Shown piece by piece: positions 39,121-47,246 of a stretch of DNA of 64,000 nt (position 1 is the first letter of the stretch; every line of letters begins with the position of its first letter). Location of the stretch: positions 62,903 to 126,902 of the forward strand of contig CAIVAT010000022.1 in the NCBI GenBank assembly GCA_903903985.1. The letters are read 5' to 3'. A model generated the notes under the pieces. That model saw nothing but the letters and a program-made list of their open reading frames with translations, was not told the DNA's origin and ran no database searches. Source of the stretch: an uncultured Bacteroidales bacterium (GTDB lineage: Bacteria > Bacteroidota > Bacteroidia > Bacteroidales > FEN-979). The translations under genes were made by a program, and so were the position numbers.

Positions 39121-40574
39121 AAATCACAGCTTATAAAAAAACATTGCTGGCTTTCATCGGGGTCTGTGTCTGGTTTGTTGCCAGCAGTCAGAAACAACCG
39201 GAGTCACTTTTGCAATATCTGGTAATATCGGCAAAGAACAACCCGACCGTTCAACAGAAGTTCTATGAGTATAAAGCTGCGTTGCAAAAAGTGCCACAGG
39301 TCGGAGCCTTACCGGATCTTGAATTAAACGTGGGAGTATTTATTCAACCCATGGAGCTTGTCGACGGAAAACAGAACGCAGAAATAAAACTCATGCAGAT
39401 GTTTCCCTGGTTCGGTACCCTGAAATCAGCGAAGGATGAGATGAGCCTTATGGCAAAAGCAAAATTTGAATCATTCAGGGATGCTAAATTGCAGGTATTT
39501 TTTGACGTGAAACGAAGCTGGTACGAGTTACAGAAAGTTCATCAGGACATCGAAATTTCTGAAAAGAACCTTGATATCCTGCACACGTTTGAGCGGCTCA
39601 CCCTGGTTAAATTTAAAGCAGCTTCTACAGGAGGCAACAGTAGTCAGACTTCAGGAACTCCCAATTCTTCAGGAGCCTGGCAAAGTAATTCAGGAAACCC
39701 ACAAGGGATGCAGACCATGGGGGGTAACAATGGTGCCCAGCCGGGAATAAATTCGGCTCAGTCATCTTCAGCCATGCAAAGCAATTCGATGGGCTCTTCT
39801 TCCAGCAGCTCAGGATTGGCCGATTTATACAGGATCCAAATTGAAATAGGTGAACTTGAAAACAATATTGAACTGCTGAAAACCCAGCATAACACGATCG
39901 TTGCCAGATTTAATGGTTACCTGAACCGGCCTTCGGAATCACCGGTTCAACTCCCTGATCAGCTTATTCCCGATTCTCTTGGTTTATCGTTGCTTGCTGT
40001 GACAGACAGCATGCTGTCACATAACCCGATGCTGGGAATGCTTCAATACGAGCAGCAATCGCTGGATGCACGCCAAAATATGGTTACCAGAATGGGTTAT
40101 CCTATGATGGGATTGGGCTTGAATTATTCGGTGATCAGTAAAAGTGAAATGTCAACATCGTCGATGAATGGCAGGGATATGATCATGCCGATGGCAACAC
40201 TGACACTTCCCATTTACAGGAATAAATATAATGCCATGAAAATCGAAGCCGAGTTGTTGAAATCTGCAAACAAGGAGAATTACCAGGCAACGACCAATTC
40301 TCTGAAAACCAATTATTACGAAGCTGTGCAATTATTTAAAGACGGGCAACGCAGGATGAAACTATACGAGAGCCAGAGTACCCTGGCTGGAAAGACGATG
40401 GATATCATGTTGAAAAGTTTTTCAACTTCAGCGATACCGCTCACTGATATTTTGCGGGTCCGGCAACAGCTGCTTGATTATAAATTTAAAAAGGTTGAAG
40501 CCATTGCAGATTACAACACGGCAATTTCCTGGTTACAACGTTTGATGGCATCTTCACCCATTCAAGAAAATTGA
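39117..40574 (+). CDS. TolC family outer membrane factor with Ser/Gly/Met-rich insert
   Basis: KNNP, QVGALPD, MQMFPWFG; ATGA overlap with the cusA stop. Confidence 0.88.
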   Translation: MKITAYKKTLLAFIGVCVWFVASSQKQPESLLQYLVISAKNNPTVQQKFYEYKAALQKVPQVGALPDLELNVGVFIQPMELVDGKQNAEIKLMQMFPWFGTLKSAKDEMSLMAKAKFESFRDAKLQVFFDVKRSWYELQKVHQDIEISEKNLDILHTFERLTLVKFKAASTGGNSSQTSGTPNSSGAWQSNSGNPQGMQTMGGNNGAQPGINSAQSSSAMQSNSMGSSSSSSGLADLYRIQIEIGELENNIELLKTQHNTIVARFNGYLNRPSESPVQLPDQLIPDSLGLSLLAVTDSMLSHNPMLGMLQYEQQSLDARQNMVTRMGYPMMGLGLNYSVISKSEMSTSSMNGRDMIMPMATLTLPIYRNKYNAMKIEAELLKSANKENYQATTNSLKTNYYEAVQLFKDGQRRMKLYESQSTLAGKTMDIMLKSFSTSAIPLTDILRVRQQLLDYKFKKVEAIADYNTAISWLQRLMASSPIQEN

Positions 40575-40605
40575 TATTATAAGCACCACGAATAATTCCA
40601 TAGTG

Positions 40606-42237
40606 ATGAAGAAAATTTTATTTAACAGGTACATCCATTTCAGTTTGTTTGCCATTGGAGGTCTGTTTTTTGGCTGGCTGTTCTTTCATTCCTCCGGAAC
40701 AGTAGAGGAAAAGCATGAAAACACCCTGCAGGATGGCAAGACAGCGATCTGGACCTGTGCCATGCACCCGCAGATCCGCAGAGATGCTCCGGGGAAATGC
40801 CCCATCTGCGGCATGGACCTGATCCCTCTTAACCAGAATGTTGCGGATGTTGACCCGAACACGATACATTTTACAAAAGAAGCAGCCCAACTTGCCAATG
40901 TTCTCACTTCGGTGGTATCGCGTCAGAAACCGGTTAAGGAGGTCCGTCTTTATGGTAAGATCCAGGCCGATGAACGTCTGTTGCAAAGCCAGGTGGCACA
41001 ATACCCGGGACGCATCGATAAATTGCTGGTGAACTTTACCGGGGAAACAGTCAAAAAAGGTCAAACCCTCGCCATCATATACTCGCCTGAACTGGTGACA
41101 GCCCAGCAGGAATTGCTCGAAGCTGCAAAAACAAAACAATCTCAACCCGAAATATATGAGGCTGCAAAGGAAAAGCTGCAACTTTGGAAACTGTCTGATA
41201 GCCAGATTGCCGGGATAGAGAATTCCGGTAAGGTTCAAACCAAATTTGAGGTTGTTTCAAGTATTTCCGGGATTGTTACATCAAGGCGGGTGAACAATGG
41301 TGATTATGTCTCACCGGGCAGCGTATTATATGAGCTTGTCGATCTTTCAACCGTTTGGGTGTTGTTCGATGCTTATGAGAGTGACCTGCCTTTTCTGAAA
41401 ACCGGAGATAAACTTGACTTTACGGTGCAAGCCATGCCAGGAGAAACTTATTCGGGGAACATCATCTTTATTGATCCGGTCGTTGACCCTATAGCACGTG
41501 TTTCAAAAGTACGGGTAGAGATCAACAACCTGTCAGGAAAATTAAAACCAGAGATGTTCGCCACCGGGATCGTCAAGGCCAACATGGCGGAGTTTAACGA
41601 CAAAATGGTTATCCCAAGATCAGCAGTTTTGTGGACGGGAAAACGTTCCATTGTTTACGTAAAACAGCCAGGAACGGACGAACCAATTTTCAAAATCAGG
41701 GAAATTAGTCTTGGTCCCATGCTTGGCAGCAGTTATATTGTAGCAGATGGACTGACCGAAGGAGAGGAAATTGTAACCCAGGGGACATTCAGCGTGGATG
41801 CAGCCGCCCAGCTTGAAGGAAAACCGAGCATGATGAATCCTTCAGGAGGCCAGTTGTCGTCAATGCAAGGAATAAATATGTCCGGGGATAAAAAGTCGGA
41901 TGTTAACCCTGACCAGGCAACCAAAACAAAACAGCCTGCACCCGAAACCATGGATAAATCAATGAAACCAATGATAGAGAGCGAAAAGTTCATTGTGTCC
42001 GGGAATTGTGACATGTGTAAGGAACGGATTGAAAAGGCCGCTAAATCGGTTGGAGGCGTAAAATCAGCCACATGGGATGTGAATTCAAAGAAAATCCATG
42101 TAACATTTGACGCTATGAAAACCAATCTAAACACCATACAAAAGACCATTGCCAAAGCAGGACATGATAATGAAATATATAAAGCTGATGATAAAATATA
42201 CGAGAGTTTACCTGCGTGTTGTCATTACAGAAAGTAA
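40606..42237 (+). CDS. cusB: RND periplasmic adaptor (CusB-like) with N-terminal HMBD and C-terminal HMA
   Basis: WTCAMHPQIR..PGKCPICGMDL, YSPELVTAQQE, LKPEMF, C-terminal GNCDMCKERIE...LPACCHYR. Confidence 0.88.
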   Translation: MKKILFNRYIHFSLFAIGGLFFGWLFFHSSGTVEEKHENTLQDGKTAIWTCAMHPQIRRDAPGKCPICGMDLIPLNQNVADVDPNTIHFTKEAAQLANVLTSVVSRQKPVKEVRLYGKIQADERLLQSQVAQYPGRIDKLLVNFTGETVKKGQTLAIIYSPELVTAQQELLEAAKTKQSQPEIYEAAKEKLQLWKLSDSQIAGIENSGKVQTKFEVVSSISGIVTSRRVNNGDYVSPGSVLYELVDLSTVWVLFDAYESDLPFLKTGDKLDFTVQAMPGETYSGNIIFIDPVVDPIARVSKVRVEINNLSGKLKPEMFATGIVKANMAEFNDKMVIPRSAVLWTGKRSIVYVKQPGTDEPIFKIREISLGPMLGSSYIVADGLTEGEEIVTQGTFSVDAAAQLEGKPSMMNPSGGQLSSMQGINMSGDKKSDVNPDQATKTKQPAPETMDKSMKPMIESEKFIVSGNCDMCKERIEKAAKSVGGVKSATWDVNSKKIHVTFDAMKTNLNTIQKTIAKAGHDNEIYKADDKIYESLPACCHYRK

Positions 42238-42269
42238 ATATTTTTATTAACCACTAAATTTCAAAAGCA

Positions 42270-42617
42270 ATGAAAACAAAATCGATGATGTTAGTATTAG
42301 GTTTGCTATTTTTCACCACGAACTCAATTTTTGCCAATGTTGCAAAGACAGAAAAAATTAAAGTTTACGGCAATTGCGGCATGTGTAAAACCAGGATTGA
42401 AAAGGCAGCCAAATCAGTAAAAGGCGTTTCCGAAGCAACGTGGAATTCGGAAAATTTAATGTTAACCGTGACATTTGATGACACCAAGACCACAACACTG
42501 AAGATCGAAGAGGCTGTTGCAAAGGTTGGACATGATACGGATAATGCAAAGGCAACAGATAAAACCTACAATGCCTTGCCAGGATGTTGCCAGTACGATC
42601 GGCCGGCTAAAAAATAA
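42270..42617 (+). CDS. Periplasmic HMA-domain metal chaperone
   Basis: Signal peptide; VYGNCGMCKTRIE, GHDT, YNALPGCCQY. Confidence 0.88.
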   Translation: MKTKSMMLVLGLLFFTTNSIFANVAKTEKIKVYGNCGMCKTRIEKAAKSVKGVSEATWNSENLMLTVTFDDTKTTTLKIEEAVAKVGHDTDNAKATDKTYNALPGCCQYDRPAKK

Positions 42618-42707
42618 TTCCTCAAGATTACAGGGCAAGTAATCAAAAACGTAGTTCACTTTTGTGTCGTGGAATATTTTCATGGATAAAACCATTTAAA
42701 ATATTGT

Positions 42708-42841
42708 ATGATGATGGATGGACTTAATCATGGATTTGGAATGGGATAGATGGATGGGGGTGGATAATCGGCGTTGTTGTTCTTGACGTTGTTGTTTTTC
42801 TGATAGTCAAAGTTGTGAATAAAAACAAGAATTCAAACTAG
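42708..42841 (+). pseudogene. Small Met/Gly/Trp-rich membrane protein remnant (type common beside Cu loci)
   Basis: MMMDGLNHGFGMG* (TAG 42747), then frameshift to GWGWIIGVVVLDVVVFLIVKVVNKNKNSN*. Confidence 0.5.
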
Positions 42842-42907
42842 ACTATATGATCTCATAAGAAGTATAGCAAGCAAAATCACTTTCTGAATATTGCTTGTAT
42901 TTCAAGG

Positions 42908-42942
42908 AAAAGGCGTTTCGTCAATTGACGAAGCGTTTTTTT
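42908..42942 (+). terminator. Hairpin + T-tract, probable terminator of the metal-efflux cluster
   Basis: aaaaggcgtttcgtca-at-tgacgaagcg-ttttttt. Confidence 0.55.
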
Positions 42943-43012
42943 ATGGTCTGAAAATCTCAGACTGTTAGTATTCTTTATTCTTCCTCTCTGCCATTGTCGT
43001 ATTGCCCGATGA

Positions 43013-43119
43013 ATTGAAGAACCTCGCAGTAAGCTGTGAGGATTCTTCGAAACCACAGGAATATATATTTTTGCTCGCAAACCTCGCGGTAAGCGTGGAA
43101 TGCCCTCACAGGGATTCAA
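43013..43119. repeat. ~108-bp palindromic element (copy B)
   Basis: attgaagaacctcgcagtaagctgtgaggattcttcg...tttttgctcgc...ggaat...attcaa, colinear with 18263-18370. Confidence 0.75.
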
Positions 43120-43298
43120 CATTTTTTTGTCTTATGTTTTTCCCGAAAGCAATAGAGAAGGATCCGAAACATAAATGGACATGTTTTTAGTGAGGGGAAT
43201 AAATCCATTTAACAAAAATACTACTGCAATGTTCCAGCATGGGAACAGTAAAAAAGCCTTAAATCGTAGAGAAAAAGGCATTTGGGTTAAATTTGGAG

Positions 43299-43372
43299 TG
43301 GAGTATACCGGAGTCGAACCGGTGACCTCTGCATTGCGAACGCAGCGCTCTGGCCAACTGAGCTAATACCCC
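43299..43372 (-). tRNA. tRNA-Ala (anticodon CGC)
   Basis: GGGGTAT-TA-GCTC AGTTGGCCA GAGC-G-CTGCG TTCGCAA TGCAG-AGGTC-ACCGG TTCGACT CCGGT-ATACTCC-A; G3:U70 alanine identity pair; TATCTTTG promoter at 43394-43401. Confidence 0.97.
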
Positions 43373-43406
43373 AAGCGGTTCAGGGATCGGGTACAAAGAT
43401 AAAGGA

Positions 43407-43507
43407 ATTTACGATTTACGATTTTGGATTTAGGATTGAACAGAAAAATATACCTGACCCGGAAAATTGTAACACTCCACTCGAAAATCCAAAATCGTAA
43501 ATCAAAT
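43407..43507. repeat. Inverted pair of heptamer arrays (ATTTACG-type / CGTAAAT-type)
   Basis: atttacg atttacg attttgg atttagg ... cgaaaat ccaaaat cgtaaat. Confidence 0.75.
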
Positions 43508-44482
43508 TGCCTGTTTCGTTTTGACAACTTTGTTCTTCACCGGTTTCAGGTTGTGCAGATACCTGTAAATAGCTTTCAGATCATTTGTATCCATCCCGGC
43601 ATACATCGTCCAGGGCATGATCGACTGCATTTCGCCTTTCTGGAGATCGGGAGGCCTGAACGTTGCCAAATCATAGGTTCTGAAACGGAAAATAAATGCC
43701 TCCTTTGTCCACTTGCCAATACCCGTTTCCTGGTCTGGCGTGATATTGGGAGAAATAAGCAGGTTGCCATCCGGCATCTGGAATTCCCTGCCTCCCGAAA
43801 AGGCAAGACTTTCCACGATCTGGCCATGTTCGGCAGGGGTATGACATTCAATACATCCTGATGCCTTCACCAGGTACGCCCCATACGCCAGTGTATCCGT
43901 TGCCGGAGGCCTCACATGAGGATCAGCTTTGCGTGGGATCAGGTGGAGGATGACATTCATGGGGAAAGTCGGATCAGACCGGGATGGCTCATAGTCAATG
44001 GATGGAATGCTGCGGATATAAGCGATCACGCAGTATATATCCTCCGTGTCGAGCTTCCCGTATGCCGGATAGGGCATGATCGGGAAGAGCGGATGACCGT
44101 CTCTGCTGACACCGCTGGTAATGGCACGATAAATTTCAGCATCGGTCCAGTCGTTCAAATGAAAGGGGGTGATGTTCGCTGAACGGAATTGCCCCGGGAA
44201 GCCAAGTTTTTCATCGAAAATCTCCCCTCCTTTTCCCTCAGTTCCCGTAATCAGTGGCCCCGAAAATTTGCTCCAGTCACGGGTTGAATGGCAATCCATG
44301 CATACCATTACATGATTTGCCAGGTATTTTCCCCTTTGGATGCGTGCATCAGTTGGTTCAACTTTTACATCCTTCACCGGAATGTTTGGCAGAAACAAGA
44401 CAATATAGAAAATTACCAGAACAACGATCAACACCAGGGCTGCGACTACGCCACCGAGGATCTTAGGCCATTTTTTTTTCAT
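43502..44482 (-). CDS. Membrane-anchored diheme cytochrome c
   Basis: N-terminal TM; RGKYL..CMDCH, SANITP, MPY; GAYL..CIECH, SPNITPD..TGIG.W, MPW. Confidence 0.9.
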   Translation of the reverse strand: MKKKWPKILGGVVAALVLIVVLVIFYIVLFLPNIPVKDVKVEPTDARIQRGKYLANHVMVCMDCHSTRDWSKFSGPLITGTEGKGGEIFDEKLGFPGQFRSANITPFHLNDWTDAEIYRAITSGVSRDGHPLFPIMPYPAYGKLDTEDIYCVIAYIRSIPSIDYEPSRSDPTFPMNVILHLIPRKADPHVRPPATDTLAYGAYLVKASGCIECHTPAEHGQIVESLAFSGGREFQMPDGNLLISPNITPDQETGIGKWTKEAFIFRFRTYDLATFRPPDLQKGEMQSIMPWTMYAGMDTNDLKAIYRYLHNLKPVKNKVVKTKQAI

Positions 44483-44537
44483 GGTTGGAGTTATTAATGT
44501 GTATGAATTGCAACCTGGGTACTTTTATTGTTAAGAT

Positions 44538-44609
44538 ACAAGGTAACAAGGTGACAGGGTAACAAAGTAACAAGGTGACACCGTTACAAGGCAAAAGAGC
44601 TACAAGCAT
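44538..44609. repeat. Degenerate octamer tandem array ACAAGGTR x9
   Basis: acaaggta acaaggtg acagggta acaaagta acaaggtg acaccgtt acaaggca aaagagct acaagcat. Confidence 0.8.
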
Positions 44610-45141
44610 CGGGGCAGCAAGTCAAATATTTCTTCCGGGACAAATTATCAAATTTGCATCGGTGTTAGCCCAAAACTTGCTGACAATTATCAGTCCCCGG
44701 ATTTAATATCAAAAATAATAAAATATAATAATTCCAAATAAGAATTTAAATATTTTTTTTGATGAAACGCTTTCGTCCCCGTAAGGAAAAACTTCCTCTA
44801 TGACCAACCTTTTGAATCAATCACCGGAGTATCTCGTGCTTTGTTTGTAAACAAATTCATTGAGGTAATCCTTTCAGAAATCTGGGTCCATTTCATGCAA
44901 AAAAAAGGTAGCCGGCAGCACATATCCTTCCATCGTTTGACAACACAGTCGTTGAATGCAGTGACAATAACTAAGGCGCGCATGCGTTTAATTTTTATAT
45001 CAAGGATGGTCGTCTGATCATTCCGGAGACAAGGGAAACGGGGTTTCAGGATGGCACAAACCCGGGCGGCAAAGGAAAGAGGAGGCCACCTGCTGAAGAC
45101 CAGGAAACCAAAGGCTCTTATGCAAAGAAGACACCAGGCAA

Positions 45142-46971
45142 ATGACTACCAAAACCAATCTGCCGTTTATGGAAACCAACACAACCAAAGCCGGATTCTG
45201 GCGAAGGATCGCTGCCGGATGGATTGACGCATTCATCATCTTCGTCATAACGAACCTCGTTATCGAATTCTTCGTACTAATGAATGTCAGGATCTCATCC
45301 GGAACCCTTTTCCTGATTCTCGGGGCGGTTTATTCCAGCATCCTGCTATCCCGGTTCAGGCAAACACCAGGCAAGATGATCATGAAAGTCTTTATTTCCG
45401 CCGGATCCGGCGAGCCCCTAAGCAACCGGAACATCGTTTTGCGTGAAGTCTTCGGAAAATGGGGAATAACACTTGCCCTGCCAATGATGCTGGCCATTAT
45501 CCTGGGTGGAAGAACGTATCTTCCGACTTTCACCGACATCCTATTTCTTATTCCCTCAGCCATATTCTGCATCATCTGGTATTTGTTCACCCGGCAGATG
45601 TGGTACGACCGCATGGCCGGTTTGACTGTTGAGTATCATCCCCAGTCAAAAAAATCAAAAACTGCATTTATAGTCCTGGTGACAGCCGCTTTGATTGGGG
45701 GTGGACTGGCTTTTACCCAGTACAAAGTGATGCACCGCATCCCATGCAGGCTGGCCCTCTACCGCAACATCAATTCGATTAAACCATACGTCAGGTTCCT
45801 CAAAAAGCAGAAGACCTCCCCTGTTGATTATGTCATCGGACTATTCGACAAATACGATGTGGTGGTGCTTTGCGAAAGGGCACACCCTGAAATGACCCAA
45901 TACGATTTCATCTTCAATATTGTGAAGGATCCGCGTTTTATCAATAAAGCCGGCATGGTGTTCACCGAGATCGGGCAGAAAGGAATGCAGCAATACCTGG
46001 ATAATTTTATGAACACCGACTGCCTTTCGGACAGTCATGTCAAAGAGCATATACTGCAGATTACCAGGAATTCAGCGGTTCACCCGGCATGGACCAACTA
46101 CAACTGGTATCAGTTTATTGAACGGCTTTACAAACTGAACCGGACCCTGCCACCTGAAAAAAGAGTAAGGTATTATTTTACCGACTCCCCGGTGGACTGG
46201 CAGGCTATAAAAAACCAGAAGGACTACCTGGAGTATGAACATAAATATGTGTGGCACCGCGACAGCCTGATGGCTCAGACCGTGATAGACGTAATGAAGG
46301 GCCGGAATGCAACGGATAGCGTACATAAGAAATGCCTTGTGATCATGAATTACAGGCATGCGTTTGAACTTACCGACAGGGATCCCGATGTGGGCAGGGA
46401 CAATACGTTCGAATACATTAAAGATGCCTTCGGAGACAAGGCAGTCAATGTGATGATCAACACCAGGGTGATCACCATTTTCCCGCCTGCTGGCGGCTTA
46501 TGGGAGGAGGCTTTTGAGAAAACAGGTAACAAACCTGCAGGATTCGACTTCAGGGGTTCCCCTTTCGGAGCCGACAATTTCGATATGTTTCCCTGGGATA
46601 TAGCGATGAGTGGCATCTTCGGTTCCCGCTCTCCATCGGCAGGCGGGCTTCTCAGGTATCGGGATGTTTTCACAGGCTTTGTTTTCATCAATCCTGCGGA
46701 GAAATTATACTGGCAGCAGTCCACACCCGGATATTTCGACGGGTTTGAGAAAGAGTACATCAGGAGATGCGGTTGTATTAAAGCAGAATATGAAGGCGCA
46801 GCAAAAGAAGAGATGGCTGCCATTCAAGCCAGTGGGGATGAACCCGCAGTAAAATACGCAGAATACCAGGCCGAAACCCTCCTCTCCCTGTTCCTTTACT
46901 GCTTTTTCGGGATCGGGCTGATCACGGGTTTGATTGCCTTTGCTTTTCAGAAAGCGCAGGGCAAAGGATAA
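45142..46971 (+). CDS. RDD-family membrane domain fused to an extracytoplasmic ChaN/Tiki/EreA-like domain, with C-terminal TM
   Basis: AGFWRRIAAGWID, QTPGKM, LRE, QMWYDRMAG (RDD); then YDVVVLCERAH, VFTEIG, RDSLMA, LVIMNYRHA. Start may be 45169. Confidence 0.65.
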   Translation: MTTKTNLPFMETNTTKAGFWRRIAAGWIDAFIIFVITNLVIEFFVLMNVRISSGTLFLILGAVYSSILLSRFRQTPGKMIMKVFISAGSGEPLSNRNIVLREVFGKWGITLALPMMLAIILGGRTYLPTFTDILFLIPSAIFCIIWYLFTRQMWYDRMAGLTVEYHPQSKKSKTAFIVLVTAALIGGGLAFTQYKVMHRIPCRLALYRNINSIKPYVRFLKKQKTSPVDYVIGLFDKYDVVVLCERAHPEMTQYDFIFNIVKDPRFINKAGMVFTEIGQKGMQQYLDNFMNTDCLSDSHVKEHILQITRNSAVHPAWTNYNWYQFIERLYKLNRTLPPEKRVRYYFTDSPVDWQAIKNQKDYLEYEHKYVWHRDSLMAQTVIDVMKGRNATDSVHKKCLVIMNYRHAFELTDRDPDVGRDNTFEYIKDAFGDKAVNVMINTRVITIFPPAGGLWEEAFEKTGNKPAGFDFRGSPFGADNFDMFPWDIAMSGIFGSRSPSAGGLLRYRDVFTGFVFINPAEKLYWQQSTPGYFDGFEKEYIRRCGCIKAEYEGAAKEEMAAIQASGDEPAVKYAEYQAETLLSLFLYCFFGIGLITGLIAFAFQKAQGKG

Positions 46972-47079
46972 CAGGGAATATCGTTTTATAATTAATAAAA
47001 AAGATATTGTGGATAACAAAAACCGGCGGCGGGTTACTCCATAGCTACCCCAATGATACTCCATAGATACAGGTTAAGT

Positions 47080-47143
47080 CCGCTTTCCTTGGGAGACAAG
47101 GGGTTCTGAGAGACAGATAGAAGAAAGAGTGAAGGGGATGAGG
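47080..47143. repeat. Degenerate REP-like remnant
   Basis: ccgctttccttgggagacaaggggtt...gaaggggatgagg, same GGGGATGAGG tail. Confidence 0.35.
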
Positions 47144-47246
47144 CAATCAAACGCCCTCCCGGGGAATGATCGTTTTTCGTCGAATCAGGAATTATCCCGC
47201 AAACTTCCTATATTTACACCCTTCGTTTCCGATGAAATGACATCGC

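Noticed and set aside
39620-39815. Ser/Gly/Met low-complexity stretch in TolC as an inserted element
   Set aside because: In frame with no nucleotide repeat; such linkers are common in Bacteroidota metal-efflux TolC proteins.
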